From contig JAUXTO010000030.1 in the NCBI GenBank assembly GCA_030679255.1, positions 3,420 to 67,419 on the forward strand: 64,000 bases of DNA, given 5' to 3'. A model generated the notes under the pieces. It was not told the origin of the DNA. It searched no databases and worked only from the letters and a program-made list of their open reading frames with translations. The DNA comes from Candidatus Gottesmanbacteria bacterium (GTDB taxonomy: Bacteria; Patescibacteriota; Microgenomatia; UBA10105; UBA927). Of this stretch, positions 48,872-59,488 are shown piece by piece (within the stretch, counting starts at the first letter, position 1; each line of letters starts with the position of its first letter). The position numbers were made by a program, and so were the translations under genes.

Positions 48872-51484
48872 ATGAACATCGGTAAAATCGTTCCATCAGA
48901 AATAGTGACGGAGATGCAGCGGGCATATCTCGACTACGCCATGAGCGTCATCGTCGCGCGTGCCCTCCCTGATGTACGAGATGGCCTCAAACCCGTCCAC
49001 CGCAGGATCCTTTACGCCATGCACGCCATGGGAATGTCCCATACGAGCCGCTATACCAAATCCGCCAAGGTCGTCGGAGAGGTCCTCGGCAAATACCACC
49101 CCCACGGCGATGCGCCGGTCTATGAGGCAATGGTGCGTCTCGCACAGAATTTTGCCATGCGCTACATGCTTATTGATGGCCAGGGTAATTTTGGATCTGT
49201 TGACGGCGATCCGCCTGCTGCCATGCGGTATACCGAATGCCGGCTTTCGTCCATTGCCTCAGAAATGCTCCTGGATATCGAAAAGGAAACCGTAAAATTT
49301 TCTCCAAACTTTGATAATACCATCAAGGAGCCTGATTTTCTTCCGGCCAAACTCCCGAACCTCCTCCTCATGGGATCGGAGGGTATCGCCGTCGGCATGG
49401 CCACTAAAATTCCGCCGCATAATCTCTCCGAAGTAGCCGATGCCATCGGCATGATGATCGGAAAAGCGAGGATTGAAAAGTCATCAGTCATCAGCCCGCC
49501 TGCAGGCGCCTGGAGCGCCAGCGACTGGCGGGCAGGTCATCAGTCTTCAGATAAACAACCGATCGAAGGTCTGATAGCTGAAGACAGAAAGCTGACGACT
49601 ATCCACTTTGACACCACGGTCGAAGATCTCATGGAGCACATTCAGGGACCGGATTTCCCGACCGGCGGAATCATTTATGACGTCAGTGAAATTAAAAACG
49701 CCTACGCCACCGGACGCGGTAAGATCGTCATGCGGGGACGGGCTGAAATAGAAGACATCGGTGGCGGCAAAAGCGCCATCATCATTAGCGAACTCCCGTA
49801 TCAGGTCAATAAGGCTCTCCTCGTCGTTAAAATTGCCGATCTCGTGAAAGATAAAAAAATCGAAGGCATTAGTGATCTCCGGGACGAGAGCGACCGGCGG
49901 GGTATCCGGGTCTACGTCGAGCTTAAACGTGATGCCAAACCCAAGCAGGTCCTCAATAACCTCTATAAGCACACCAATCTCCAGACCACGTTTCCGGTCA
50001 ATATGGTAGCGCTTGTGGATAACACGCCACAGACGTGTAGCCTGAAACTCATTCTCGAAGAATATATCAAACACCGCCATGATGTAGTACGAAAAAGAAG
50101 TGAATTTGAGCTCAAAGAAGCCCGCGCTCGGGAACATATTTTAGAGGGTCTCAAGATTGCCGTCGATCATATTGATGAAGTGATTGCCATTATCAAAAAA
50201 AGCGAAAGCGCGGATGTTGCCAAAACCAAACTTATGACCCGCTTCAAGCTTTCTGAAATTCAATCAACCGCAATTTTGGACATGCAGCTCCGGCGCTTGG
50301 CAGCCCTCGAGCGGCAAAAGATCGACGATGAACTGGCTATGATCCGCGAAACGATCGCCTACCTCCTTGATCTTCTCGAGCATCCGCAAAAAATTCTCAA
50401 TGTGGTACGTGATGAGCTTCTCAAACTCAAAGAAAAGTACGGCGATAACCGCAAAACCAAAGTGTTTAAAAGCAAAGTCGGCGAGTTTAGCGACGAACAA
50501 CTCATCCCCAACGAAGAAGTCATTATCACCATGAGCCAGTCCGGCTATATCAAGCGGGTCCCCCGGACCACATTCAAGATGCAGGAACGCGGCGGCAAAG
50601 GAGTGATCGGTATGGCGACGAAAGAAGAAGACGCGATTGATCAATTGATTGTCGCCCAAACCCACGACAATATGCTCTTTATTACGGACCGCGGACGCGT
50701 CTATCAAGTCCGCGTCTGGGACATCCCGGAGGGGAGCCGCCAGAGCAAAGGCCAGGCGGTCGTCAATCTCATCAATATCGAGTCCGGTGAGCGCGTAACG
50801 AGCATCCTCGCCTACAGCCTGAAAAAGGATCAACAGAAGGAACAAGGGGTCAAACACATTCTGATGGCCACCAAAAACGGCACGGTGAAAAAATCCAAAC
50901 TCACGGAGTACGAAAATATCCGCAGAAGCGGCATTGTCGCGATCAAACTCGAATCCGGCTCACCGAAAGGCGAAGCGAGTGATGAACTCGCCTGGGCGAG
51001 ACTAACAAGCGGGGAAGATGATATCCTGCTCGTGACGCACGAAGGCAAATCCATCCGATTTGGGGAAAGCGAAGTCCGGCCGACGGCCAGGGACACCATG
51101 GGAGTGCGGGGAGTATTACTGACAAAAGGTGACTTTGTCGTATCCGTCGATGTCATCGATACGCATACCAAAGGTGCCGACTTTTTGACGATCATGGAAA
51201 AGGGGATCGGCAAAAAAACCGCGATCCGCGACTTCCCCAAACAACGCCGCGGCGGGCAGGGGATCAAAGTCGCCCAAGTCAAAGATAAAACCGGCAAAGT
51301 CGTCGTTTCCCAGATCGTCCCCTCTGATTGCGAAAGTGTGATCCTCACCTCGACCAAAGGCCAGGTCGTCAAGCTCCCGATCACCTCAGTACCAAGATTA
51401 GGCCGAGCAACTTCCGGAGTTATATTGATGCGCTTCACCGACAAATCCGACACCATCGCAGCGGCTACTTGTCTTGCGAAATAA
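48872..51484 (+). CDS. gyrA: DNA gyrase subunit A
   Basis: Active-site region AAMRYTE with catalytic Tyr, and a C-terminal beta-pinwheel. A ~70-bp palindromic insert flanked by GTCATCAG direct repeats lies in frame at 49480..49550. Confidence 0.9.
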   Translation: MNIGKIVPSEIVTEMQRAYLDYAMSVIVARALPDVRDGLKPVHRRILYAMHAMGMSHTSRYTKSAKVVGEVLGKYHPHGDAPVYEAMVRLAQNFAMRYMLIDGQGNFGSVDGDPPAAMRYTECRLSSIASEMLLDIEKETVKFSPNFDNTIKEPDFLPAKLPNLLLMGSEGIAVGMATKIPPHNLSEVADAIGMMIGKARIEKSSVISPPAGAWSASDWRAGHQSSDKQPIEGLIAEDRKLTTIHFDTTVEDLMEHIQGPDFPTGGIIYDVSEIKNAYATGRGKIVMRGRAEIEDIGGGKSAIIISELPYQVNKALLVVKIADLVKDKKIEGISDLRDESDRRGIRVYVELKRDAKPKQVLNNLYKHTNLQTTFPVNMVALVDNTPQTCSLKLILEEYIKHRHDVVRKRSEFELKEARAREHILEGLKIAVDHIDEVIAIIKKSESADVAKTKLMTRFKLSEIQSTAILDMQLRRLAALERQKIDDELAMIRETIAYLLDLLEHPQKILNVVRDELLKLKEKYGDNRKTKVFKSKVGEFSDEQLIPNEEVIITMSQSGYIKRVPRTTFKMQERGGKGVIGMATKEEDAIDQLIVAQTHDNMLFITDRGRVYQVRVWDIPEGSRQSKGQAVVNLINIESGERVTSILAYSLKKDQQKEQGVKHILMATKNGTVKKSKLTEYENIRRSGIVAIKLESGSPKGEASDELAWARLTSGEDDILLVTHEGKSIRFGESEVRPTARDTMGVRGVLLTKGDFVVSVDVIDTHTKGADFLTIMEKGIGKKTAIRDFPKQRRGGQGIKVAQVKDKTGKVVVSQIVPSDCESVILTSTKGQVVKLPITSVPRLGRATSGVILMRFTDKSDTIAAATCLAK
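49480..49550. repeat. palindromic insert with flanking direct heptamer repeats inside gyrA
   Basis: gtcatcagtcatcag cccgcc tgcaggcgcctggagcgccagcgac tggcggg ca ggtcatcagtcttcag encodes [22 protein letters not shown], which is absent from typical GyrA. Confidence 0.6.
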
Positions 51485-51497
51485 ACGCTCACACGCC

Positions 51498-52001
51498 ATG
51501 AAACAAACCAGACTGCAAAATGCCGCGTATATCCGTAATTTCGTTTTTGGGGTCGAGGATAGTTTAGTGTCTACCGTGGGCCTCCTGTCCGGCATTGCCG
51601 TGGGTGGCGTGGAGCGTTCGCAGATTATCCTCACCGGCATCGTTCTCCTTTTTGTGGAGGCTTTCTCCATGGCGATGGGAAGTTTGCTTTCCGAACAATC
51701 AGCCCAGGAATATTTGAGCCGCAAAGAGGTCTCCATGCGCGCATCGGCGACGGACAGCGTTATCATGTTTGTCTCCTACTTCCTCGCGGGTCTTATCACA
51801 CTTGCTCCGTACTTCACTATGGAATCAAAATCAGCGCTTCCGATTTCCATCGCGCTCTCATTGGGTTCTCTCTTCCTTTTGGGTATCGTGAGTGCCAAAA
51901 TCTTTGGCATCAACATACTCAAAAGCGGCATCAGGACGCTTGCCATGGGTGGCTTTGCCATACTCGTCGGCGTCCTCGTCAGTCTCGTCGTTGCGAAATA
52001 A
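51498..52001 (+). CDS. VIT1/CCC1-family membrane protein (putative iron/manganese transporter)
   Basis: About 5 TM helices. N-terminal FVFGVEDSLVSTVGLLSGIA is typical of the VIT family. Confidence 0.55.
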   Translation: MKQTRLQNAAYIRNFVFGVEDSLVSTVGLLSGIAVGGVERSQIILTGIVLLFVEAFSMAMGSLLSEQSAQEYLSRKEVSMRASATDSVIMFVSYFLAGLITLAPYFTMESKSALPISIALSLGSLFLLGIVSAKIFGINILKSGIRTLAMGGFAILVGVLVSLVVAK

Positions 52002-52034
52002 TAAACCAACCAGGATTCTTGCTACAATAGATAC

Positions 52035-54452
52035 ATGCATGCCTCGACCGTATCTTCTCGTCATGGATTAACCACTGATGAAGCACGACTGCGGCTCGTT
52101 CACTATGGACAAAACCTATTACCGGAAAAACCGTCCTTCACTGCCGTATCCATCTTCATCCATCAATTCACGAGTCCCCTGATATACATCTTGTTGGGAG
52201 CCGCCGCCATCACCGTACTCCTGCGGGACTTTGTTGATGCGGCAGTCATCGGCATGGCCGTATTGGTCAATACCATCCTCGGATTTATACAGGAATATAA
52301 AGCGGAAACAGCGCTTCTCTCTCTGAAAAAAATCCTGACGCCGCAAGCGAAAGTTATCCGCGATGGCAAGCCTGTTACGATTGCAGCCTCTTTGCTCGTA
52401 CCGGGAGATCTCGTCCTCCTGACATCAGGAGAACGCGTACCGGGCGATGGCACTGTGGTCGAGGCTGTCCGGCTATTTATCAACGAATCGTGGCTCACCG
52501 GAGAAAGCGTTCCGGTCGAAAAAAATACCCCGACCAGTCCAAGCCAATTGAATCCAAATAACGCGGTCTCCATGGGTACTGTAGTCGCCTCCGGAAGAGG
52601 ACTCATCAAGATTACCGCGACTGGAATGCATACAGTAATTGGCACGATGGCCCAAACGCTCAACCAAACGAAAAAAGAAGACACGCCACTGCAAAAAGAA
52701 ATTTCCGGGCTTGCGCGCACACTCGCCGTGATCGTAGTCGTATTGTGTGGATTACTGTTCATCCTCGGGGTGCTTCACGGACAAGCATTCGTCGTGATGG
52801 CCTCGACGGTCGTGGCCATCGCGGTTTCCGCTATACCGGAAGGGCTCGCCGTATCCCTAACGGTGATCCTTGCGATAGGCATGCAACGCGTCATGAAAAG
52901 AAACGCGTTGGTCAGAAAAATGGTCGCCGCTGAAACGTTGGGCTCTATCTCGACGATATGTGTCGATAAAACCGGCACGATTACCCAAGGGGTGATGTCG
53001 GTCGTCAAAAGTGACCTGACAGACACCACACAGGCGATGCGGGCCGCCGTCCTTGCAAACAATCTTGAAGAACCGCTCGAAATTGCCTTGTGGGACTTTA
53101 CCAGAACCCTGGGTCAGGGTGATCCACAACAGATTGCCGATACCCACAAACGTATCTCTGAGCTGCCCTTTGACAGTGTCAATAAATATATGAGCGTCAC
53201 GACGCGTGATGGTGTATGGACCAAAGGCGCGCCGGAGGTCGTTCTTGCGATGAGTGATCTCCCGAAACATACCCAGTCTATCTGGATGCAAAAAGTTACG
53301 AAGTGGGGATCAGAGGGACTGAGGGTGCTTGGGCTCCTTCATAACAAAACGTTTCTGGGGATCATCGGCATTGCCGATCCGGTGCGGGAGGGTGTCGCCG
53401 ACGCAGTCGCCCATGTCCAAGAAGCCGGAGTAGCCATCACGATGGTCACGGGAGATTACCGTGCCACCGCCCAGTCCGTGCTTTCCGCCATTGGACTGCC
53501 AATCAAAAACCCTGAACATGAAATTATGGAAGGCCATGAAGTAGCGAGCATCACTGAGGATGAACTTGTCGCACGGGTCCGCGGTATCCGGCTTTTTTGC
53601 CGGGTGAGTCCAGACCAAAAACTGAAGATTGTCTCAGCGCTCCAAAAAGCCGGGGAGGTCGTCGCCATGACCGGAGACGGCGTCAATGATGCGGTAGCCA
53701 TAAAAAAAGCGGATATCGGGATTGTCGTCTCTGGGGCCTCAGACGTTGCCCGGGAGACTGCCGATATCGTGCTTCTCGATTCTAACTTTAAGACCATTGT
53801 CGCAGCGATCCAGGAAGGACGGGCAATCTATGACAACATCCGGAAGGTTACATTTTATTTACTTTCTAATTCTTTCGTAGAAATATCCTTAATCGCCACA
53901 ACGATCGTCCTCGGACTTCCACTGCCGCTTACTGCCATCCAGATTCTCTGGATTAACCTGGTCGATGACGGGATCCCCACGCTTGCGTTGGCTACCGATC
54001 CCAGAAGCCATGATTTGATGCGCAGTAAGCCGCGGCTCAAATCCGCGCCGATTGTCGACCGGAGGATGGGCATCCTGATTGTATGCATTAGTGGAGTGAT
54101 CGCAAGCGTATCCCTTGCCGTGTTTCTCTGGACCGGTGGGGAAAGAACGATTGCCTTGAGCCGCACCATGGTGTTTACGCTTGTGGCCATAAGCACACTC
54201 GTCTATGTCTTCAGCTGCAGAAGTGTCGACCGGCCTATGAAACTTATATCAGTATTCCATAATCGGTGGCTTCTGGGGTCAGTAGCTATGGGATTTGCGC
54301 TCCAACTCTTTGCCGTCTATCATCCGTGGGGCAACCTCGCATTTGGAACCGTGCCGCTGTCTGCTACCTCCTGGGCTGTCATCCTTGGCGCAAGCGTCCT
54401 CATCATGGGTATGATTGAAGGAATGAAGCGGTTTAACAAAATAACAAATTAA
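52035..54452 (+). CDS. P-type cation-transporting ATPase (P2-type, Ca2+/Mg2+-like)
   Basis: Phosphorylation site CVDKTGTIT, hinge TGDGVNDAVA, TGES motif, 10 TM topology. Confidence 0.9.
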   Translation: MHASTVSSRHGLTTDEARLRLVHYGQNLLPEKPSFTAVSIFIHQFTSPLIYILLGAAAITVLLRDFVDAAVIGMAVLVNTILGFIQEYKAETALLSLKKILTPQAKVIRDGKPVTIAASLLVPGDLVLLTSGERVPGDGTVVEAVRLFINESWLTGESVPVEKNTPTSPSQLNPNNAVSMGTVVASGRGLIKITATGMHTVIGTMAQTLNQTKKEDTPLQKEISGLARTLAVIVVVLCGLLFILGVLHGQAFVVMASTVVAIAVSAIPEGLAVSLTVILAIGMQRVMKRNALVRKMVAAETLGSISTICVDKTGTITQGVMSVVKSDLTDTTQAMRAAVLANNLEEPLEIALWDFTRTLGQGDPQQIADTHKRISELPFDSVNKYMSVTTRDGVWTKGAPEVVLAMSDLPKHTQSIWMQKVTKWGSEGLRVLGLLHNKTFLGIIGIADPVREGVADAVAHVQEAGVAITMVTGDYRATAQSVLSAIGLPIKNPEHEIMEGHEVASITEDELVARVRGIRLFCRVSPDQKLKIVSALQKAGEVVAMTGDGVNDAVAIKKADIGIVVSGASDVARETADIVLLDSNFKTIVAAIQEGRAIYDNIRKVTFYLLSNSFVEISLIATTIVLGLPLPLTAIQILWINLVDDGIPTLALATDPRSHDLMRSKPRLKSAPIVDRRMGILIVCISGVIASVSLAVFLWTGGERTIALSRTMVFTLVAISTLVYVFSCRSVDRPMKLISVFHNRWLLGSVAMGFALQLFAVYHPWGNLAFGTVPLSATSWAVILGASVLIMGMIEGMKRFNKITN

Positions 54453-54462
54453 CAATTTAACT

Positions 54463-55398
54463 ATGAATCTGTGGATTCAGATCAGCATCCTGATTGTATC
54501 CGGTATGGTATTAACCGGAGCGGCTCACCTGGTCGTCAAACAAAGCACGCGTCTCGCCCACATGGTTGGGCTTTCAAATTTTACGGTTGGATTTCTTCTT
54601 CTGGGCATCTTCACGTCTATGCCGGAACTCTTTGTGGCCATGCAGTCGGTTCACGACGGGATTCCTCAATTGTCAGCCGGCAACCTGCTTGGCGGATCGA
54701 TCCTTCTGCTCTCATTTGTCATGGGGACGACCGCGGTACTACTCGGACAAGTCAGATTGGATCACCGGTTAAGCGGCAAGGAACTCGTGGTGATGATGGG
54801 GGTCATCGCCGCGCCGGTTGCCGTCCTCTGGGATGAACGGCTCACGCGGCCCGAGGGACTGTTTCTCGTGAGCGTGTATATTCTTCACGCATTTGTGCTT
54901 AACCAGGATGACAGGAAGATGCACCGAAAAAATAATGTCGTCAGCGCCAAAGGACTCAGCAGTCATCTGGCTCTCCTTGCCGTAGGGGTGGGCATGATGT
55001 TTCTTTCCTCACGGTTTATTGTATCGGGTGCTGAGAATATCATGAAGACATTCGCCATTGCACCCGTCGTCTTTGGGCTATTTTTCCTCTCTCTTGGCAC
55101 CAATCTTCCGGAACTTGCCTTAGCCTTTGAAGGCATACGCAAGCGGAGCAAAGAAATCGCCTTTGGGGATTTTTTAGGTAGCAGTGCTGCCAACACCCTG
55201 ATTTTGGGACTACTCGGACTGGTCATGCCCTTCAGCGGGTCTGGCAACGGAAAAATCCTGGGAGCGCTTCTATGGCTGACCTGCATATCCGCCTATTTTC
55301 TCTGGGCCGTCTCATCCGGACGGACGGTTTCGAGAAAAGAGGGCATCGGGCTCCTTATCTTTTATTTCATTTTTGTCATATACGAACTGGCCGTCTAG
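54463..55398 (+). CDS. CaCA-family cation/Ca2+ exchanger (YrbG-like)
   Basis: Two alpha-repeat regions (GNLLGGSILL / GSSAANTLILG) and ~10 TM helices. Confidence 0.7.
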   Translation: MNLWIQISILIVSGMVLTGAAHLVVKQSTRLAHMVGLSNFTVGFLLLGIFTSMPELFVAMQSVHDGIPQLSAGNLLGGSILLLSFVMGTTAVLLGQVRLDHRLSGKELVVMMGVIAAPVAVLWDERLTRPEGLFLVSVYILHAFVLNQDDRKMHRKNNVVSAKGLSSHLALLAVGVGMMFLSSRFIVSGAENIMKTFAIAPVVFGLFFLSLGTNLPELALAFEGIRKRSKEIAFGDFLGSSAANTLILGLLGLVMPFSGSGNGKILGALLWLTCISAYFLWAVSSGRTVSRKEGIGLLIFYFIFVIYELAV

Positions 55399-55423
55399 CC
55401 ATCACGTGCTATACTCACACACA

Positions 55424-56281
55424 ATGAACATTGACGGAAAATTTCTAGCCGAACAAATTCTCAAAAAGCTTCGGGCGGGGGTCATCAAGCTAAAACAAAA
55501 AGGGGTAACGCCGACCATCGCCGTCATCCAAGTTGGGGATGATCCCGGCTCTACCGCCTACATCCGGCAAAAACAAAAAGCAGCGGAACAGATTGGAGCG
55601 AAGCTTTTATTGAGTCGTCAGTCGTCAGTCGTCAGTCGTCAGCAATTAGAGAACAGTATCAAACAATACAACAACGATCCCAAAGTCCACGGCATCATCC
55701 TCCAACGCCCGTTACCCGGAGTTTTAGATGCACAAAGTACATCACTATGTAGTGCTATACTTCCTACAAAAGACGTTGATGGTTTTCTTCCCGATTCTCC
55801 CTACCGCGTCCCTGTCGCCTCCGCTGTCATCACGATACTCCGATTTGCTTTTTCCCAATTAGACCAATTAGCCCCATTAGACCAATTTGACTCATGGCTC
55901 GAAAAACAATCCATCGTCGTCCTCGGTAGGGGAGACACCGCCGGAAAACCAATCGCAGACCTGCTCATCAAACGAGACTGCAATGTCACCGTCGTCCACT
56001 CCCAAACTCCCAATCCCGACACAATCACCAAAACGGCGGATGTCCTGATCAGTTGCGTGGGGAAAACGAATATTGTACGACGTGATACCATAAAACCAGG
56101 CATCGTTCTCATAAGTGTCGGGATCACTCGGGGGGCTGACGGCAAACTCCACGGAGACTATGAGGAAGACCACATCAAGGATCTCGCTTCATTATATACT
56201 CCAACTCCTGGGGGAGTCGGTCCGGTAAACGTCGCCTGCCTCATGGAAAACCTGCTTCAAGCCGCAAGTAATGTACTATAG
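55424..56281 (+). CDS. folD: bifunctional methylenetetrahydrofolate dehydrogenase / methenyltetrahydrofolate cyclohydrolase
   Basis: IDGKFLA...PTIAVIQVGDDPGS...YIRQK...HGIILQRPLP motifs. In-frame (GTCGTCA)x4 at 55614 and a 9-mer x3 tandem at 55855. Confidence 0.85.
   Translation: MNIDGKFLAEQILKKLRAGVIKLKQKGVTPTIAVIQVGDDPGSTAYIRQKQKAAEQIGAKLLLSRQSSVVSRQQLENSIKQYNNDPKVHGIILQRPLPGVLDAQSTSLCSAILPTKDVDGFLPDSPYRVPVASAVITILRFAFSQLDQLAPLDQFDSWLEKQSIVVLGRGDTAGKPIADLLIKRDCNVTVVHSQTPNPDTITKTADVLISCVGKTNIVRRDTIKPGIVLISVGITRGADGKLHGDYEEDHIKDLASLYTPTPGGVGPVNVACLMENLLQAASNVL
55614..55642. repeat. heptamer micro-tandem repeat (GTCGTCA)x4 inside folD
   Basis: gtcgtcagtcgtcagtcgtcagtcgtcagc encodes RQSSVVSRQQ. 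Confidence 0.65.
55855..55888. repeat. nonamer tandem repeat x3 inside folD
   Basis: ccaattagaccaattagccccattagaccaattt encodes QLDQLAPLDQFD. Confidence 0.55.
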
Positions 56282-56341
56282 GTCTTGTTCAATGCGAGCC
56301 GTAAGCGTACAATATCTTGTATCCACGCCCTCATTTATCCT

Positions 56342-56944
56342 ATGGGAAGATCACAGATCGCACCAATTTTACAACCCGATGACACGACGTGCGGCCCGTC
56401 CGCCCTCAAACTTGCGCTGGAAATTTTAGGGAAACGTAAATCACTCACGGCTCTTATCGAGCTTTGCAAAACCAACAGAAACGGGACATCCACAAAAAAA
56501 CTCATTGAGGCAATCAATGCATTGGGATTTTCCGTGCTTGCGGTCGAATACGCGACCCTCACACATCTCCAGAGCGCACTTAAATATCCGACCAGCCAGC
56601 CCCGCGCAGTACTCGTCTCGTATCTTTATGATCTCGATGAAAAAGAAGAACCCCATCCCGATTCGGGACACTGGGCGGTCGTATCTACATACTCGGCCAG
56701 AAACAGCAGGATTGTGCTCCTCGACAGCGCAAGCGGCAAAAAGAAATCGTATGCATGGAAAGAATTCCGGGACCGCTGGATGGACTTTGATCTCAAACGG
56801 AAAAAAATCAAAAAAGGCAGAAAGGAATTCAAACTCGTCCGCCGCTGGCAGGAGCAATTACTGTTGGTAATTGCTAAGGATCCGAAATATCTTCCAAAAT
56901 TTAAAATCCAAACCGCGAAGTATTTTCTTGCTGCCGAAAACTGA
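56342..56944 (+). CDS. papain-like cysteine peptidase, C39-like domain protein
   Basis: QPDDTTCGPSALKLALEILG matches the C39/C39-like Q...CG..A catalytic-Cys motif, with a later His-containing segment PDSGHWAVV. Start is ambiguous between 56285 and 56342. Confidence 0.5.
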   Translation: MGRSQIAPILQPDDTTCGPSALKLALEILGKRKSLTALIELCKTNRNGTSTKKLIEAINALGFSVLAVEYATLTHLQSALKYPTSQPRAVLVSYLYDLDEKEEPHPDSGHWAVVSTYSARNSRIVLLDSASGKKKSYAWKEFRDRWMDFDLKRKKIKKGRKEFKLVRRWQEQLLLVIAKDPKYLPKFKIQTAKYFLAAEN

Positions 56945-56987
56945 CCGCTTGCAAATCAAAAATGTCCTGTTCTATACTTGGCATACT

Positions 56988-57269
56988 ATGACAAACGCGA
57001 TGCCCATCACGAAGGATGACCTCAAAACAGTACTCAAGGAACTCAATATTGCAACAAAGGACGATCTCAAACCATTTGCAACAAAGGACGATCTCAAAGG
57101 ACTTTCCACAAAAGATGATCTTCTCCACCTCGAACGAAGGCTCAAGCTCCGTATGGGCAAACACCGCAATGAAATCTTTACCATGGTTGGCAATCTGGCA
57201 ACCAGTACTCCGAGCCGTCGTGAATTTGAGAGCCTCAAAAGTCAAAGTCGCTTTATCGCACACTCGTAG
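56988..57269 (+). CDS. hypothetical small protein with TKDDLK tandem repeats (paralogue of 8812..9126)
   Basis: ITKDDLK, ATKDDLK, ATKDDLK, STKDDLL followed by ERRLKLRMGKHR. Confidence 0.5.
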   Translation: MTNAMPITKDDLKTVLKELNIATKDDLKPFATKDDLKGLSTKDDLLHLERRLKLRMGKHRNEIFTMVGNLATSTPSRREFESLKSQSRFIAHS

Positions 57270-58248
57270 ACCTTCGGAGACACGACTCCACGATCTCCCG
57301 GATAAAATCAGCGAAGGTCATCCCCGCGGCTTTATACGAAACCGTCATCCCATAATCATCGCTGTCTCCGAGTCCCGGATTGGCGTTGGCTTCTAAAATA
57401 AATACCTCGTCGTCGCGCGTCCGGATATCGAGTCGCGAATAATCGGCAAATCCCATATCGATAAACGCTTTATGGCTTATTCGATTGATCTTCTCCAAAA
57501 AAGACAAGCTCAAGTGCGCTAAACGTACGGAGGATTCTTTATAATCCGCGTGGGTTTCATCCCACCGGCTCCCGTAGGTGAGAAATGCACCGGTTCCCTG
57601 TGTGGTAAACAGTATTTCTGCCGGGTGTAGCACTGCAAGACCGTTTTTTTTCTGAATAATTGTCACCTGAAACTCCCGCCCCACGATAAATTCCTCCACA
57701 TACACAGATTGTTTAAACGTTTGCATCCGGTCGTTCGTCACGCGGATAAGTTCATCTGCATTTTTCACGACTGCATCTTTGGTGAGCCCCACACTACAAT
57801 GTTGGAGTCCGAGTTTAACGATCGCGGGATAAACAAAATCGTCGCGTACGGATTCATTACCTGTCTCAAATTTCTGCCATCTGGGAGTGGGCAACCCAGC
57901 GGCCTCCATGGCCGCTTTCATGCGGCTTTTATCATTGCACACCGCAAGCGCAGCGTTCGATGATCCGGTGTAGGCAATGCCGGTAGCGTCCAATGCTTCC
58001 ATGGCACGAACAAGTAATGACCCGTCCAATCCATCCCATTCTAAAAGATTAAAAATAACGTCGGCCCGGATATTTCGTATCTGATCAATTGTGTCCTCGG
58101 ATATGGGTAAGAGTACGACGGTGACCCCTTTAAGGACAAGCGCTTCCGCCACTTCATCCGCGGATTCTTTCGTATCCTCATCCGTGGCTAAAAATGGGCT
58201 TGCAAGCGCCCGACGGGTGGGAAGACTGTAAATGATAGCGATTTTCAT
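57253..58248 (-). CDS. D-alanine--D-alanine ligase family ATP-grasp protein
   Basis: MKIAIIYS..., ATP-grasp fold motifs and C-terminal EANANPGL. Family-level call. Confidence 0.65.
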   Translation of the reverse strand: MKIAIIYSLPTRRALASPFLATDEDTKESADEVAEALVLKGVTVVLLPISEDTIDQIRNIRADVIFNLLEWDGLDGSLLVRAMEALDATGIAYTGSSNAALAVCNDKSRMKAAMEAAGLPTPRWQKFETGNESVRDDFVYPAIVKLGLQHCSVGLTKDAVVKNADELIRVTNDRMQTFKQSVYVEEFIVGREFQVTIIQKKNGLAVLHPAEILFTTQGTGAFLTYGSRWDETHADYKESSVRLAHLSLSFLEKINRISHKAFIDMGFADYSRLDIRTRDDEVFILEANANPGLGDSDDYGMTVSYKAAGMTFADFIREIVESCLRRSTSVR

Positions 58249-58253
58249 ATAAA

Positions 58254-58384
58254 TACCAAGCACCAAATTCCAAGTATCAAACAAATTCCAATTTCAATCC
58301 GCCAGTTGGCGGACTAAACGTTTTGAACATTGGTGCTTAGAATTTTGATATTGTTTGGAATTTGGTGCTTGTGATTTGGAATTT
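58254..58384. repeat. family-4 long hairpin with central gccagttggcgg stem-loop
   Basis: ataccaagcaccaaattccaagtatcaaacaaattccaa ... ttgatattgtttggaatttggtgcttgtgatttggaat. Confidence 0.6.
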
Positions 58385-58389
58385 CGCTT

Positions 58390-59313
58390 TCATTTCCGAT
58401 GAAAGCGTTGGTGTATCTCCCGCAACTGTGGATTGGTGATGTGTGTATAAATTTGCGTCGTCGACACATTTTTATGTCCGAGTAGTTCTTGGATTGCGCG
58501 TAGGTCAGCGCCACTACTGAGAAGATCCGTTGCAAAACTATGCCGCAACCCGTGGGGAGTAATTTTGACGGGTAACCGGGCCTTCTTCACATACTTTTCA
58601 ACCGACCGCTGGACGCTCCTGGGCGAGAGTCTTCTCGATTCCCCGGTTTTATCGTCCTCGTCCGGCGTTTTCCCAGAGTAGCGGATAAACATGGGCTTCC
58701 ACGCGTCATCGCGGCTCTTGAGATACCGCCCGAGCCACTCGGCGGCTGTATCGGACACAAACACGACTCTCGAGCGTCGGCCTTTCCCGATAATGCCAAA
58801 TTCTTTGCGCTCTAAATTAATCTGATCACGGTTAAGCGACACGAGTTCCGAAACCCGCAGACCAGTCGAAAACAAAAGCTCGAGAATTGCTTTATCCCGA
58901 AATCCCTCAGGAGTACTGATTTCGGGCATATTGAGAAGTCGTTCGACGCCGTCCCGTTCCAAAAATTTAATGCTGTGGCTTTCTGCCTTCCCGAGCTCGA
59001 CCATTTCCGGGGCGACAACCGGAATGCCGCGCTTGATGAGGAATTTGAGAAACGACCGGAGGGCAATCAGATGATAATTTTGCGTCACGCGTTTGAGCGT
59101 CAGTTCATGGGAATCCGTATAGCGGGATAAAAACAACCGGTACTCGCGTATTTTTTCCGGAGTAATGTCGCTAGGGGAGAGTACTTGGCCCCCCAGAAAG
59201 CCCAAAAACCGCTCCATATAGTGTTTATAATTGCGGATCGTAAGCTTGGAAACATTTCGCTCGAGTTCAAGATATTCCAGAAAATCAATAAGCAACTGGG
59301 AAAGATCCTTCAT
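58390..59313 (-). CDS. site-specific tyrosine recombinase XerC/XerD family
   Basis: C-terminal catalytic region HGLRHSFATDLL...LLGHKNVSTTQIYTHI (R-H-R-Y). Confidence 0.85.
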   Translation of the reverse strand: MKDLSQLLIDFLEYLELERNVSKLTIRNYKHYMERFLGFLGGQVLSPSDITPEKIREYRLFLSRYTDSHELTLKRVTQNYHLIALRSFLKFLIKRGIPVVAPEMVELGKAESHSIKFLERDGVERLLNMPEISTPEGFRDKAILELLFSTGLRVSELVSLNRDQINLERKEFGIIGKGRRSRVVFVSDTAAEWLGRYLKSRDDAWKPMFIRYSGKTPDEDDKTGESRRLSPRSVQRSVEKYVKKARLPVKITPHGLRHSFATDLLSSGADLRAIQELLGHKNVSTTQIYTHITNPQLREIHQRFHRK

Positions 59314-59325
59314 AAAGTGTATGTT

Positions 59326-59423
59326 GTCATCCTCGGGCTTGACCCGAGGATCCAGTCAAAACCCCCCTGGATTCCCGCCCGCTTCGCCAAAGCGACGGCG
59401 AGGCGAGCCTTCGCGGGAATGAC
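59326..59423. repeat. family-3 composite palindromic element (intergenic, opposite orientation to the 8157 copy)
   Basis: gtcatcctcgggcttgacccgaggatcc agtcaaaacccccctgg attcccgcccgcttcgccaaagcgacggcgaggcgagccttcgcgggaatgac. Confidence 0.65.
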
Positions 59424-59488
59424 GATCACTATAAGAATGTACGACATCACGAATATTGTCAAGCACCAGTCTGATATACTGTACATAT

